Counted from the stretch's first letter, positions 16,168 to 26,519 are shown. The stretch: DNA of 64,000 nt from an uncultured delta proteobacterium (GCA_963796055.1 CAWCKH010000004.1:3168001-3232000), one strand, 5' to 3'. Notes: generated by a model not told the origin, from the sequence alone. Numbers and translations are program-made.

Positions 16168-18651
16168 TCACTCCGCGGCGAGAGCCTCCGACGGGCTCAC
16201 CCGCGCTGCCCGTCGCGACGGCACCACCACCGCGGCGACCGAGGCGGCGAGGAGCAGCACGGCGGCGCAGCCGAAGGTGAGGACGTCGCTCGTCCCGACC
16301 CCACGCACCACCCCGGCGAGCGCGCGCCCGAGCACCAGCGAGAGCACGACCCCGACCAGCAGGCCGATCGCCACCGGAGCGAGCCCGGTCCGGGCGGCCA
16401 TGGCCAGGACCTCGCGTGCGGTGGCCCCCAGCGCCATCCGGATCCCAATCTCCCGGCGCCGCTGGGCGACCGCGTAGGCCACCACCCCGTAGACGCCGAT
16501 GGCGGCGAGGAGGAGCCCGGCCAGCCCGAGCGCGCCGAGCAGCCGGAGGAGGAACCGGTACACCGCGGTCGAGTCACGCAGCCGGGTCTCCATCGTGGCC
16601 ACGTCGTAGAGCGGCAACGAGGGGTCGAGCTGCGCCACGGCGGCCCGCATCACCGGGACCAGCCGACTCGCGTCGCCCTGGTCGGTGCGCGCCACCACGC
16701 TCATCGACTGCTGGTTCCAGCGCCACGACAGCGGCGGCGCCTGGGTGAGCGGCAGGTAGAACTCCGGGTGGAGCTGGCCCGCAGGCCCCTCGGTGTGCAC
16801 GTCGTCCACCACGCCCACCACCGTCTTCCAGACGATGTGCTCGGGCCCGCCCTCGCAGCAGTCGATGCGCTTGCCGATGGGATCCTGACCCGGGAACGCT
16901 GCCCGGGCGAGCGCGCGGGAGATGACCATCACCCGCTCGGATCCGGCGACGTCGCTGGGGGCGATGAAGCGTCCTTGCAGCAGGCGAAGCCCCATCGATT
17001 CGAGATATCCGGGCGTGGTCACCCGGAGGAGCGAGTTGATCCGGTTCTCGGGGTCGAACGACTTTCCCTCGGGGATGAGCCCGTTGCTCGACTGCGCGGA
17101 GCCGAGCGGGACCGACGTCACCACCGCCGCAGCGTCCACCCCGGGCATCGCCTGAAGCGACTCGACGACCCGGGAGAAGGAAGCGGCCAGGGCCTCCGGG
17201 CCGTCGTAGACCCCGGGAGGCAGAGACAGGCGGGCGCTGAGGAGCCCGTGCGGACGGAACCCTGGCTCCACCGTTCCGAGGTAGAGCGCGGTCCGGACCA
17301 GGAGCCCCGCGCCGACCAGCAGCGTCGCGGAGAGGGCCACCTCGATGACGATCAACCCGCCCCGCAGCCTGTCCCGTCCTCCGCCGGACTGGGCGGTGGC
17401 CGCGCGCTGGAGCGTCCCGTGCAGGTCGGTCCGCGCGGCCCGGAGTGCTGGCACCACCCCGAAGAGAACGCTGCTGCCGAGGGTGACCACCAGGGTGAAG
17501 GCGAGCACCACCCCGTCCAGCTCCGCCTCGCCGAGCCGGGGAACGTCCGCCGGCGCCGAGGCACGGAGCACCTGCACGAGGGCCGCCGCCAGGGCGACCC
17601 CCACCGCGCCCCCGAGAACGGAAAGCACCATGCTCTCGGTGAGCAGCTGCCGGACGATGCGCCGGCGTCCGGCGCCGAGGGCGGCACGGACGGCCAGCTC
17701 TCGTGTCCGCGCGGTCCCCCGGGCGAGCAAGAGATTTCCCACGTTGAGGCAGGCGATGACCAGGACCAGCAGCACCGCGCCGAGGAGCATCCACAGCTGC
17801 TGGGCGGTGTCACCGACCAGGAAGACGCCCACGGGAGTGACCCGCGCGGTGCGCCCGAACTCGTTCTGGGGATACTCCCGGGCCAGCTGGGCGGTGATGG
17901 AGTCCATCTCTCGCTGGGCCGCGGCCCGGATCGTGCCGCGCTTCAACGTCCCGAACACCTGGAGGTAGTGCTCGTCGTGCATCGCCCGCTGCTCCGGGGT
18001 CAGCGCCAGCGGGACCCAGAGCTGGGTGTGGTCGAGGAGCGGATCGAAGCCGGCGGGCATGACGCCCACCACGGTGTACGCGTCCCCGCCGAGGCGGATC
18101 GCCCGCCCCAGCACCGCGGGATCTCCGCCGAACCGCCGACGCCACAGCCCCTCGCCGAGCACCACCACGTTCTCCCCCGGGGCGTCCTCCGACGGCAGGA
18201 ACGTCCGGCCCAGTCGCGGCGCGCTCCGGAAGACGTCGAAGAAGCCCGTCGAGACGCGGGTGGCCGCGACCCGCTCCGGGGGCCCGGCCTCGCTCAGGTT
18301 GAAGCTCGCCCCGTCCACCGCGGTGAGCTGGTCGAACTGCGTCGCACGCGCCTGCCAGTCGACGAAGTTGCCGGCGGAGACGCCTCCGGGCTGGCCGTTG
18401 AGGAGGGATTCGACGGTCACGGTCCGCTGCGGGTCCACGCCAGGAAGGGGCTTGAGCACCACCGCCCAGACCAGGCTGAAGATGGCGCTGGTGGCCCCGA
18501 TGCCGAGGGCGAGGGTCCCCACCGCGGCGGCGCTGAACCCGGGGGCCCGCCCGAGCTGGCGCAGCGCGTACCGGACGTCGCGCCTCAGCCCGGACAGCGC
18601 CCCGGGGGAACGGTCCTCCGCGCGTCCGAGAGTCGTCTGCTCACCCTGCAT
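16168..18651 (-). CDS. Duplicated MacB/FtsX-type ABC permease (ADOP-like orphan permease)
   Basis: DVRYALRQL..APGF, LALGIGATSAIFS, LVIACLNVGNLLLARG..R.RELAVRAALGA, RRREIGIRMALGA; RBS GGAGGA before ATG 18651. Confidence 0.92.
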   Translation of the reverse strand: MQGEQTTLGRAEDRSPGALSGLRRDVRYALRQLGRAPGFSAAAVGTLALGIGATSAIFSLVWAVVLKPLPGVDPQRTVTVESLLNGQPGGVSAGNFVDWQARATQFDQLTAVDGASFNLSEAGPPERVAATRVSTGFFDVFRSAPRLGRTFLPSEDAPGENVVVLGEGLWRRRFGGDPAVLGRAIRLGGDAYTVVGVMPAGFDPLLDHTQLWVPLALTPEQRAMHDEHYLQVFGTLKRGTIRAAAQREMDSITAQLAREYPQNEFGRTARVTPVGVFLVGDTAQQLWMLLGAVLLVLVIACLNVGNLLLARGTARTRELAVRAALGAGRRRIVRQLLTESMVLSVLGGAVGVALAAALVQVLRASAPADVPRLGEAELDGVVLAFTLVVTLGSSVLFGVVPALRAARTDLHGTLQRAATAQSGGGRDRLRGGLIVIEVALSATLLVGAGLLVRTALYLGTVEPGFRPHGLLSARLSLPPGVYDGPEALAASFSRVVESLQAMPGVDAAAVVTSVPLGSAQSSNGLIPEGKSFDPENRINSLLRVTTPGYLESMGLRLLQGRFIAPSDVAGSERVMVISRALARAAFPGQDPIGKRIDCCEGGPEHIVWKTVVGVVDDVHTEGPAGQLHPEFYLPLTQAPPLSWRWNQQSMSVVARTDQGDASRLVPVMRAAVAQLDPSLPLYDVATMETRLRDSTAVYRFLLRLLGALGLAGLLLAAIGVYGVVAYAVAQRRREIGIRMALGATAREVLAMAARTGLAPVAIGLLVGVVLSLVLGRALAGVVRGVGTSDVLTFGCAAVLLLAASVAAVVVPSRRAARVSPSEALAAE

Positions 18652-18798
18652 CGCGTGCTCCTCCGTCCTGGCCATCGTGCAAGGCGCACGCCGCATGGTC
18701 GGCCCCCTTGCGCGGAGGGGCGGCGCAGAGGCCGCGCCGCGGACGATCCCGCTTCCGGGACGCCCGCTCCAGAGCTGGGACGGCCCAGCCGCCGGCGC

Positions 18799-21225
18799 TC
18801 AGAGTGAGCGGAGCGCCACCGCCGGGTCGACCCGCGATGCGCGGAGCGCGGGAACGAGCGCGCTGCCAACCGCGACCGTCCCCAGCACCCCGGCGACTGC
18901 GGCCAGCACGGCGGGATCGGCGCTCGTCACCCCGAACAGAAGTCCGCGGAAGACGGTGGCCAGCGCCACCGAGCCCGCCAGCCCGGCCAGCGCTCCAGCG
19001 ACGATGGGCGCGCTGCTGCCGCGCAGCACGAGCCCCACGATGTCGCGCCCCACGGCGCCCACCGCCATCCGGATCCCGAACTCCCGGGTGCGCCCAGCCA
19101 CGCCGAACGAGACCACCCCGAAGATGCCCACGCACGCCAGCACCAGCGCGACGCCGGCGAAGACGCCGAGCAGGAACACCGGGTAGCGGCGGAGGAACAT
19201 CGTCGGTGCCTCCTCCAGCACCGCGCCGAGCTGCCGGGCAGGTCCCACCACCAGACCCGGTGCGGCGCCGCGGATGGCCTTCCGCAGCTCCTCGGCCACG
19301 CCCGGCCGATCCGAGCGGACCACCACCGTCCAGCGCTGCGAGGCGGCTTGCGCGTCGGGGTAGTAGAGGACCGCCGGCCGCCCCTCGTCGAGGCCCCCCA
19401 GGGTCTGGTCTCCGACCACACCGACGATGGTGAGCGCCGCGCCGGTGGTGGAGTAGATGGGTCGAATCGTCTTCCCGATGGCGTCCTCCCCGGGGAAGTA
19501 CCGCCGCTGCAGTGCGCGGTTGACGATGACCACCGGAGCCCCACCGCGGGTGTCCTCGGGCCCGAAATCCCGCCCTCCCAGCAGGGGAATGCCGAGGGTG
19601 CGGAAGTAGCCTGGGCTCACCTCCCGGTAGTACGCCTCCGGCTCGGGTCCGCTGGGCCGGGGGCGGTCGGGACGGACGAAGCTGTGCGAGCCTGCGCTGC
19701 CGGTGCCCGGCATCCAGTTCACCCGGGCGACCAGCGCGACGCCGGGGATGCCCTCGATGGCCTCCTGCACCTTCGCCTTCAGCGCGGCGATGGCCCCTGG
19801 TTCCTGCGCGCCCGGACTGGCCAGCGAGAGCTCGAGCCCGAGCAGTCCCCCCGGGCGATACCCCGGATCCGCGGAGAGCACCCGGAGAAGGCTCTTCCCC
19901 ATCAGACCTGCCGAGCCGAGGAGCATGACCGCCAGCGCGATCTCCACCACGACCAGGAGGTCTCCGAGCCCGTGGCGGACCGTCCCCGATGGACGGGGAG
20001 CGACGTCCTTCAGGGTGCCCTGGATCTCGGGCCGGGAGGCGCGGAGCGCCGGCAGCAGGCCGAAGAGCAGCGTGGTGAGCACCACCACCGCCGCGCCGTA
20101 TCCGAGCACGCGACCATCCACCTCCAGGTGCTCGAGGAACGGCATCCCGGCGCGGTTCTTCGCGGGGATGCCTGCCAGGAGCAGTGGCAGGCTGAACCGT
20201 GCCGCGAGCAGCCCGAGCGCTCCGCCGGCGCCCGCCAGCAGGGCGCTCTCGGTGAGCAGCTGCCGCACCAGCCGTCCGCGCCCTGCGCCGAGCGCGATGC
20301 GGAGGGAGATCTCCTTCTGCCGGCCCGTCGCCCGGGCCAGGAGGAGATTCGCCACGTTCACGCACGCCACCAGCAGGACGAGGCTCACGCAGACGAAGAG
20401 GAGCACCAGCACCGGCTCGACCCGACCGACCAGCTCGTCGCGGAGCGGGACCACGTCGGTCAGCACGCCTCCCAGCGCGTCGGGGAAGCGTTCCCGCAGC
20501 GCGTCCTCGAACGAGGCGAGGTGCTTCCGGGCCTGCGCCACGGTCACCCCGTCGCGGAGCCGGGCGATGGGTTTGATCCAGTTGAGGCTCCGCCGGGTGG
20601 CCCGGTCACCGCGTGGCTGCACGGCGACGACCACCCGCGCATCGAGCCCCGGCGCGAAGGGGAACCCCGGCGAAAGCACGCCCACCACGGTGGTGGGCTC
20701 GCCGCCAAGAGTGAGCGTCTTTCCCACGACGTCTCGATCCGCTCCGAGCCGCGTCCTCCAGAACGCGTCGCTCAGGATGACGGCCCGGGGACCTCCGAGC
20801 TCGTCCTCCCCGGGGAGAAAGGTGCGCCCGAGCGCCGGGCGAACGCCGAGCACGTCGAAGAAGTTGGCGGACACCAGCAGCGCCGGCAGCTCCTCGGGTT
20901 CGGCTCGGCCGGTCCAGGCGATGGGGGCCGTGGAGTACCCGGCAACCGAGGCGAACAGGTCCGCCGAGGCCTGCAGCTCCCGCAGGGTCTGCCAGGCGAA
21001 GGGAAACCGCCTCCGCTCGGCGTCGTCCTGAACCTGCCACAGGTGGACCAGTCGCTCCGGCTCGGCGTAGGGCACGTTGCGGAGGAGCGCCGCGTCCACA
21101 ACGGTGAACACCGCGGAGTTGAGGCCGATCCCCAGCGAGAGGGTGAGGATGGCCACCGCCGCGAAACCGGGGCGGTTTCGGAGACTTCGCAGTCCGTAGC
21201 GGAGGTCGTGGAGCAGGGTGCTCAT
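18799..21225 (-). CDS. Duplicated MacB/FtsX-type ABC permease (ADOP-like orphan permease)
   Basis: DLRYGLRSL..RPGF, LVACVNVANLLLARA..RQKEISLRIALGA, REFGIRMAVGA, RASRVDPAVALR. Confidence 0.93.
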   Translation of the reverse strand: MSTLLHDLRYGLRSLRNRPGFAAVAILTLSLGIGLNSAVFTVVDAALLRNVPYAEPERLVHLWQVQDDAERRRFPFAWQTLRELQASADLFASVAGYSTAPIAWTGRAEPEELPALLVSANFFDVLGVRPALGRTFLPGEDELGGPRAVILSDAFWRTRLGADRDVVGKTLTLGGEPTTVVGVLSPGFPFAPGLDARVVVAVQPRGDRATRRSLNWIKPIARLRDGVTVAQARKHLASFEDALRERFPDALGGVLTDVVPLRDELVGRVEPVLVLLFVCVSLVLLVACVNVANLLLARATGRQKEISLRIALGAGRGRLVRQLLTESALLAGAGGALGLLAARFSLPLLLAGIPAKNRAGMPFLEHLEVDGRVLGYGAAVVVLTTLLFGLLPALRASRPEIQGTLKDVAPRPSGTVRHGLGDLLVVVEIALAVMLLGSAGLMGKSLLRVLSADPGYRPGGLLGLELSLASPGAQEPGAIAALKAKVQEAIEGIPGVALVARVNWMPGTGSAGSHSFVRPDRPRPSGPEPEAYYREVSPGYFRTLGIPLLGGRDFGPEDTRGGAPVVIVNRALQRRYFPGEDAIGKTIRPIYSTTGAALTIVGVVGDQTLGGLDEGRPAVLYYPDAQAASQRWTVVVRSDRPGVAEELRKAIRGAAPGLVVGPARQLGAVLEEAPTMFLRRYPVFLLGVFAGVALVLACVGIFGVVSFGVAGRTREFGIRMAVGAVGRDIVGLVLRGSSAPIVAGALAGLAGSVALATVFRGLLFGVTSADPAVLAAVAGVLGTVAVGSALVPALRASRVDPAVALRSL

Positions 21226-21228
21226 GGT

Positions 21229-21723
21229 TCAGCGCCGGCGCGGCCTGCCGTCGTGCGGACCCAGCGGGCGCCGGGGAGCATCGCTCCACCAGCGACTCGG
21301 AGGGAGGTCGGTCCGGCGGCTCGGGTTGAGTGGATAGACGATGCGGTTCTCGTCCTTGTCCGCCTCACCTCCGACGAGCAGCAGCGCCTCGTGCTCGCCA
21401 TCGTTGAGGACGGCGTGGCAGATGCCCGTTCCCGACGGAAACGCGGCGAGGTCGCCGGCCCTCATCCGGTGGAGCTCCCCGTCGATCCAGGCGTCGACCT
21501 CTCCGGCGATGACGTAGACGAACTCCTCCTCCGAGGACTCGGCGTGCGGCCAGGAGGTGCGCGTTCCCGGAGGGAGCCGCTGTAGATGCAGTCCGACCCG
21601 GCGCAGTCCCGCCGCACGCCCGATGGCGCGGGTAGGCCCCATCTCCTCCTCGCTGTTCGGATAGCGGTGACGGGTCTCGGGCACGTCGGCAGCGGAGACG
21701 AGGAAGGGCGGCCGGGTCGGCAT
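21229..21723 (-). CDS. Cupin domain protein
   Basis: SWPHAESSEEEFVYVIAGE...GDLAAFPSGTGICH cupin motifs; start set at ATG 21723. Confidence 0.85.
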   Translation of the reverse strand: MPTRPPFLVSAADVPETRHRYPNSEEEMGPTRAIGRAAGLRRVGLHLQRLPPGTRTSWPHAESSEEEFVYVIAGEVDAWIDGELHRMRAGDLAAFPSGTGICHAVLNDGEHEALLLVGGEADKDENRIVYPLNPSRRTDLPPSRWWSDAPRRPLGPHDGRPRRR

Positions 21724-21915
21724 GGTCCGGGGAGCTTGCACCGACCAGGCCACCGGTTGGCTCCCCGAAGTGTGCGGAGCGAGCGGCGTGACGGGCGCCG
21801 GGCCGGTGCGAGGTGACCGTCTCCGGGCGGGGGCGTCCCAGGACCGGGCGGGGGCGGCCCTGTCCAGGTGCACCGCAGGCGTTCTGGCTGGCCTCAGGAT
21901 CGCTCCCGAGCAGCC

Positions 21916-21984
21916 GCCCCGGGGTGACCGACCGATTCTGTATGTGGAGCGCCCTTCCACGCACAAAACCGGTCGCCCCGGGGC
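21916..21984. repeat. Long imperfect inverted repeat (hairpin) in intergenic DNA
   Basis: gccccggggtgaccg pairs with cggtcgccccggggc; inner ttctgtatgtgga pairs imperfectly with tccacgcacaaaa around a 7-nt loop. Confidence 0.7.
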
Positions 21985-22029
21985 CGGGCACCTGCCGGCG
22001 GCGCGGGTTGCGCGGCTGCCTCGGGGGTC

Positions 22030-23466
22030 TCAGACCTCCGCGACCCGGCGGATGGCGGCCAGCAGCGCCTCGAGGTCATCCTCGGTGGTCAGCGGGTTGA
22101 TCAACGTCACCCGGAGGTGCACGTGGCCGCGGAGCCGGGTCTGCACCAGGTAGAAGCTGCCCTCGGCGAGGAGCCGCGCCCGAACGCGTTCTTGGTGTCC
22201 GTCGAGATCCTGGAAGTCCGCCGGCACGTGACGGAAGCAGACGATGTTGCAGTCCGGCGCGACGGCCAGCTCGAAGTCATCGGCGTCGTCGAGCATCCTG
22301 CCGAAGGTCCGGCCGAGGTCGAACATCCGGGTCACGTACTCGGAGAACATCCGCGTGCCATGGAGGGCGAGCGCCCCCCAGAGCTCGAGGCCCATCATCC
22401 GCTTGGTGCATTCCAGCGTGCGGTGCGCCGGGTTCCACCACTCGCCCTGGGCGTGCTGGCGGAGGAGGTAGTCGGCCCGCTGCGAGAACGCCTCGTACGA
22501 GCGCCGACCATCGCGGAAGAGCACCGCGGTGAGCAGCGCCGGAAGCAGCATCATCTTGTGCGCGTCCCAGACGAGGGAGTCGGCCCGCCCGAGGCCCGCG
22601 GCGAGGTGGGCGTATTTCGGCGAAAGCACCGCGGAGGCGCCGTGCGCGCCATCCACGTGGAACCAGAGGCCACGGGCGCGGCAGAACTCGGCCACCGACT
22701 CGAGCGGATCGAAGGCGCCGGTGGAGGTCGAGCCGGCGCTGGCGACGACGGCGAAGACCTGCCGCCCGGCGCGCTCGGCCGTGGCGAACGTCTCGGGCAG
22801 CGCCTCGGGCCGGAGCTTGAATCGCTCGTCGACGGGGATGGAGAAGATGCCCGCCTTGCCGAGGCCGAGGATCTGCGCGGCGCGCTTCACGCAGTAGTGG
22901 GTCTCGTCCGGCACCAGGATGGCGAGCGGCCTGCCCCCGGCGAGCCCCTCCTCCCAGATGTCGCGGCCGGTCACCGCCTGACGCGCGGCGAGGAGCGCGG
23001 TCAGGTTCCCGACCGAGCCACCCGAGGTGAGAACGCCGTCCGCGCCTGCGGGAAGCCCGGCCTGCTGCGCCATCCAGGCCAGCGCCCGTCGCTCGAGCGG
23101 CGCCGAGACGGGCCCCATCTCGTACACCGCCGTGCCGTTGTTGAGCAGCGCCGAGGCGAGGTGGAGCAGCGCCGAGGACGGCAGGGGTGCGGTGACCTGG
23201 TGCCCCACGTAGCGCGGATGGTGGAGGTGGTTGGACCCGGCGAGCACCCGGGTCATGAGCTCGCCGAGCGAGGTGCCGGGTTCCTCCGGCAAGCTCTCCG
23301 GCCAGCGTCCGAGGTTGGTCTCCGGGTCGACCCAGGGAAGGACGGGACCCTGGCGCTGGGTCACGGCCCGCAGGTAGTCGGCGAGCTGGTCGACCAGGGC
23401 GTGGCCGTCGCGGCGGAAGCGCTCGGGGTCGTAGGCGGAGCGGAGTGTCTCTGGGAGTGCGTCCAT
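22030..23466 (-). CDS. Group II PLP-dependent decarboxylase (DDC/diaminobutyrate decarboxylase-like)
   Basis: HHPRYVGHQ, TSGGSVGN, SAGSTSTGAFDPL, HVDGAHG, WDAHKMM (PLP lysine). Confidence 0.92.
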   Translation of the reverse strand: MDALPETLRSAYDPERFRRDGHALVDQLADYLRAVTQRQGPVLPWVDPETNLGRWPESLPEEPGTSLGELMTRVLAGSNHLHHPRYVGHQVTAPLPSSALLHLASALLNNGTAVYEMGPVSAPLERRALAWMAQQAGLPAGADGVLTSGGSVGNLTALLAARQAVTGRDIWEEGLAGGRPLAILVPDETHYCVKRAAQILGLGKAGIFSIPVDERFKLRPEALPETFATAERAGRQVFAVVASAGSTSTGAFDPLESVAEFCRARGLWFHVDGAHGASAVLSPKYAHLAAGLGRADSLVWDAHKMMLLPALLTAVLFRDGRRSYEAFSQRADYLLRQHAQGEWWNPAHRTLECTKRMMGLELWGALALHGTRMFSEYVTRMFDLGRTFGRMLDDADDFELAVAPDCNIVCFRHVPADFQDLDGHQERVRARLLAEGSFYLVQTRLRGHVHLRVTLINPLTTEDDLEALLAAIRRVAEV

Positions 23467-23564
23467 CGTCCGCAGCGTGCCCGAGACGGCGGACCGGCGC
23501 CCAGGAGAAAGCTGCGGTGCCGGGGTCCTGACTGCGCCGGCGGCACGGTGCTAGAGCATCCGGC

Positions 23565-23924
23565 GTGCCTCCGTATCGACTCCACATCTTCACCTGCATC
23601 AACCGGCGGCCGGACGGCAATCCCAAGGGCTCGTGCGGCGAGAAGGGGAGCGAGGCGGTGCACGCCCGCTTCAAGGAGCAGGTGGCGAAGCTCGGGCTCA
23701 AGGGGGAGGTCCGGGCCAACCAGGCCGGGTGCATGGACGCCTGCGCCTTCGGGGTGACGGTGGTCGTCTACCCCGATGGGGTCTGGTACGGCCGGGTCAA
23801 GGTGGAGGACGTGGACGAGATTCTGCAGTCCCACATCATCGGGGGCCGGCCGGTGGAGCGGCTCCGGCTGAAGGGGCACTTCGAGTCCCCCAAGATCAAG
23901 CGCGTCGATCCGGGCGAACGCTAG
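23565..23924 (+). CDS. Thioredoxin-like [2Fe-2S] ferredoxin
   Basis: HIFTC...SC...GCMDAC..G..VVVYPDGVWY, four-Cys pattern. Confidence 0.9.
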   Translation: MPPYRLHIFTCINRRPDGNPKGSCGEKGSEAVHARFKEQVAKLGLKGEVRANQAGCMDACAFGVTVVVYPDGVWYGRVKVEDVDEILQSHIIGGRPVERLRLKGHFESPKIKRVDPGER

Positions 23925-23969
23925 GCCCTGGCGGGCGTCCTTGACGCCGAGCGTGCCGGCGATGGTCGG

Positions 23970-24974
23970 TCAGCGCGCGGCCTCGATCCGCAGCCGCCCG
24001 TTCGTTTCACGGAGCGTCTTCGCCAGCAGCGCGACGCAGGCGTGGATCGCGGTCAGGTTCGGCGTCGGCACGCCGGTGATCCGCCCCAGTTCCAGCACCG
24101 AGCCGACCAGCGCATCGAGCTCCAGCGGGCGGCCGGTCTCCACGTCCTGGAGCATCGAGGTCTTGTGCTTCCCGACGGCCTCGGCGCCGGCGATGCGCTT
24201 CTCGAGCGACACCGGGAACCGGACCCCGAGCTTCTCGCCAATCTCCTGGGCCTCGCGCATCATCCGCTCGGCGAGCGCCCGCGTGGGTGGGAACTGGCAG
24301 ATGTCCACCAGGGTCGCGTGGGTGAGCGCGCTGATGGGATTGAAGGTGCAGTTGCCCCAGAGCTTCACCCACAGCTCGGAGCGCAGGTCGGTCGAGACGC
24401 GCACCTTGAAGCCCGCCTCCCGCAGCAGCTTCGCCGTGCTCCGCAGCCGCTCGGTGTCGGAGTTGTCGATCTCCCCCAGCGAGATGCGGTCGCCCTCGAC
24501 GTGGCGGATGACGCCCGGGGAGACGATGTCCGCCGCCGGGTAGATGATCGACCCGAGGACGCGGTCCACGTCGATGTTCTTCGCGATGACCCCGCCCGGG
24601 TCCACGCTCTCGAGCACCGTACCCTCGTACCGCCCGCCGCTCTTGAAGAAGTACCACCAGGGGATCCCGTTCTGCGCGGTCACCACGGTCGTCGTCGGCC
24701 CGCAGAGCCCCCGGATGTCCGCCGCCACCCCGGCGACCTGGTGGGCCTTCAGGCCGATGATGACCAGATCCTGCGTGCCGAGCTCGGCCATCCTGTCCGT
24801 GGCGCGTACCGGGAAGATCCGCTCGGTCCCGTCGGACTGGAGCGTCAGCCCCCGCTCGCGGATCGCTGTGAGATGGGGTCCACGCACCACCACGCTGATC
24901 TTGTGACCGATCGCGGCCAGCTTCGCCGCGACCAGCCCGCCGATGGCTCCGGCGCCGACGACGCAGATCTTCAT
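23970..24974 (-). CDS. Ketopantoate reductase family protein, PanE2-like (probable oxalyl-CoA reductase)
   Basis: GAGAIGG, AQNGIPWWYF, WVKLWGN, KTSMLQD...LE; last gene of the oxlT operon. The family is certain; the substrate is inferred from context. Confidence 0.85.
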   Translation of the reverse strand: MKICVVGAGAIGGLVAAKLAAIGHKISVVVRGPHLTAIRERGLTLQSDGTERIFPVRATDRMAELGTQDLVIIGLKAHQVAGVAADIRGLCGPTTTVVTAQNGIPWWYFFKSGGRYEGTVLESVDPGGVIAKNIDVDRVLGSIIYPAADIVSPGVIRHVEGDRISLGEIDNSDTERLRSTAKLLREAGFKVRVSTDLRSELWVKLWGNCTFNPISALTHATLVDICQFPPTRALAERMMREAQEIGEKLGVRFPVSLEKRIAGAEAVGKHKTSMLQDVETGRPLELDALVGSVLELGRITGVPTPNLTAIHACVALLAKTLRETNGRLRIEAAR

Positions 24975-24975
24975 G

Positions 24976-26505
24976 TCACGAGGCGAGTCCCAGCTTCTGG
25001 GCCAGGCCGATGCGCTGGAGCTTGCCGGTGGCGCCCTTGGGGATCTCGGCCAGGACCACCACCTTGCGCGGCACCTTGAAGTCCGCCAGCCGGCCGGCGC
25101 AGAAGTCGCGCAGCTCGCGCTCGGTGGCCGTCGCGCCCTCGCGGAGGACCACCGCCGCCGCGACCTCTTCCCCGAGCTTGTCGTGGGGCATGGCGAAGGT
25201 CAGCGCCTGCGCCACCGCCGGATGAGAGGACAGCACGTCGTCCACTTCCAGTGGGGAGATCTTCTCCCCCCCGCGGTTGATGAGCTCCTTCAGCCGTCCG
25301 GTGAGGCGCAGATATCCCTCCTCGTCGAGCAGGCCCTGGTCACCGGTGCGGAACCAGCCGTCGGTGAACGCCTTGGCGTTCGCGCCGGGATTGGCCTCGT
25401 ACCCCGGGGTCACGTTCGGGCCGCGGATGCAGACCTCGCCGATCTCGCCGCGCGGGACCTGGTTTCCCTTCTCGTCGAGGATCGCCACCTCGGGCCCGGC
25501 GGCCACTCCCACCGACCCAGGCTTGCGCGGCCGCGGGGGAAGTGGATTCGACGCCATCTGGTGCGAGGCCTCGGTCATCCCGTAGCTCTCGATGACCGGC
25601 ACACCGAACACCTTCTCCATCTCCACCATCACCGGCGCCGGCAGCGACGCCGAGGACGAGCGGATGAGGCGCAGCCGGCTCCGGGCGATGATCTCCTTGT
25701 TGCGATCCGCCCGGGCGAGGATCGCCTGATGCATGGTCGGGACCGCCGTGTACCAGGTTGGGCGCACCTCATCGAGCCAACCGAAGAACTTGAGGGCGTT
25801 GAACCCGGGCGCGCACGAGACCGATCCACCGGCTGCCAGCGAGGACAGCGTCGCCGCGAGGAGCCCGTGGATGTGAAACAGCGGCATGATGTTCAGGCAG
25901 ACGTCGTCCCGGGTCAGGCCGATCGCGCGGCCGATGTGCTCGGCGCTGGCCAGGAGATTGCGCTGGAGCAGCGGGACCAGCTTCGGCCGCGAGGTCGTGC
26001 CGGAGGTGTGGAGGAACAGCGCGGGGTCGTCCTGCTCGCCCATCCCGCGGTGCGCGGCCTTGCCTGGCGCCCTCCCGGCGGAGGAGAGGGTGAACCACCC
26101 CGCGCCGCGGGAGCGATCACCGGTCAGCTCGAGGACCGGGATGGACATCTTCCTCGCGGTGGCCCGGGCCGGCGAGTCAGCGCCCGCCTCGAGCACCAGC
26201 GCCCTGGCCTTGAGATCTCCCAGGTAGAACTCCAGCTCCTCGGCGCGGTAGGCCGGGTTCAGCGGCGCCGTCGCCGCGCCCGCCGCGATGGCGATGAACG
26301 CGCTCGCCATCTCCGGCCCGTTGGGGAGCACGATCGCCACCCGGTCTCCGCGGCCGATGCCGAGGGCGTTCAGGGTCTCGACGGTACCCCGGGCCAGCGC
26401 CCCCAGGTCCCGGTACGACAGCCACTTCACGTCCTCGGGCGCCCCGATGGCCGGAGCGTCGGCAGGGGCTGCCTCGAGGAGCGCGGCGATCGATGCGTGT
26501 GGCAT
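24976..26505 (-). CDS. Acyl-CoA synthetase, oxalate-CoA ligase (AAE3/Pcs60-like)
   Basis: HTSGTTSRPK, MPLFHIHGL, AVPTMHQAIL, RSSSASL, YGMTEASHQMASNPL, KGATGKLQR; start ATG 26505. Confidence 0.85.
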   Translation of the reverse strand: MPHASIAALLEAAPADAPAIGAPEDVKWLSYRDLGALARGTVETLNALGIGRGDRVAIVLPNGPEMASAFIAIAAGAATAPLNPAYRAEELEFYLGDLKARALVLEAGADSPARATARKMSIPVLELTGDRSRGAGWFTLSSAGRAPGKAAHRGMGEQDDPALFLHTSGTTSRPKLVPLLQRNLLASAEHIGRAIGLTRDDVCLNIMPLFHIHGLLAATLSSLAAGGSVSCAPGFNALKFFGWLDEVRPTWYTAVPTMHQAILARADRNKEIIARSRLRLIRSSSASLPAPVMVEMEKVFGVPVIESYGMTEASHQMASNPLPPRPRKPGSVGVAAGPEVAILDEKGNQVPRGEIGEVCIRGPNVTPGYEANPGANAKAFTDGWFRTGDQGLLDEEGYLRLTGRLKELINRGGEKISPLEVDDVLSSHPAVAQALTFAMPHDKLGEEVAAAVVLREGATATERELRDFCAGRLADFKVPRKVVVLAEIPKGATGKLQRIGLAQKLGLAS

Positions 26506-26519
26506 CGGGACCCTGGACT

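Noticed and set aside
16003..18807. 934-aa + strand ORF and other long overlapping ORFs (2104..3573, 13069..15306, 19348..21585, 38625..40379)
   Set aside because: They are antisense or off-frame shadows of well-supported genes. Long stop-free frames are expected at this GC content, and they show no family motifs.
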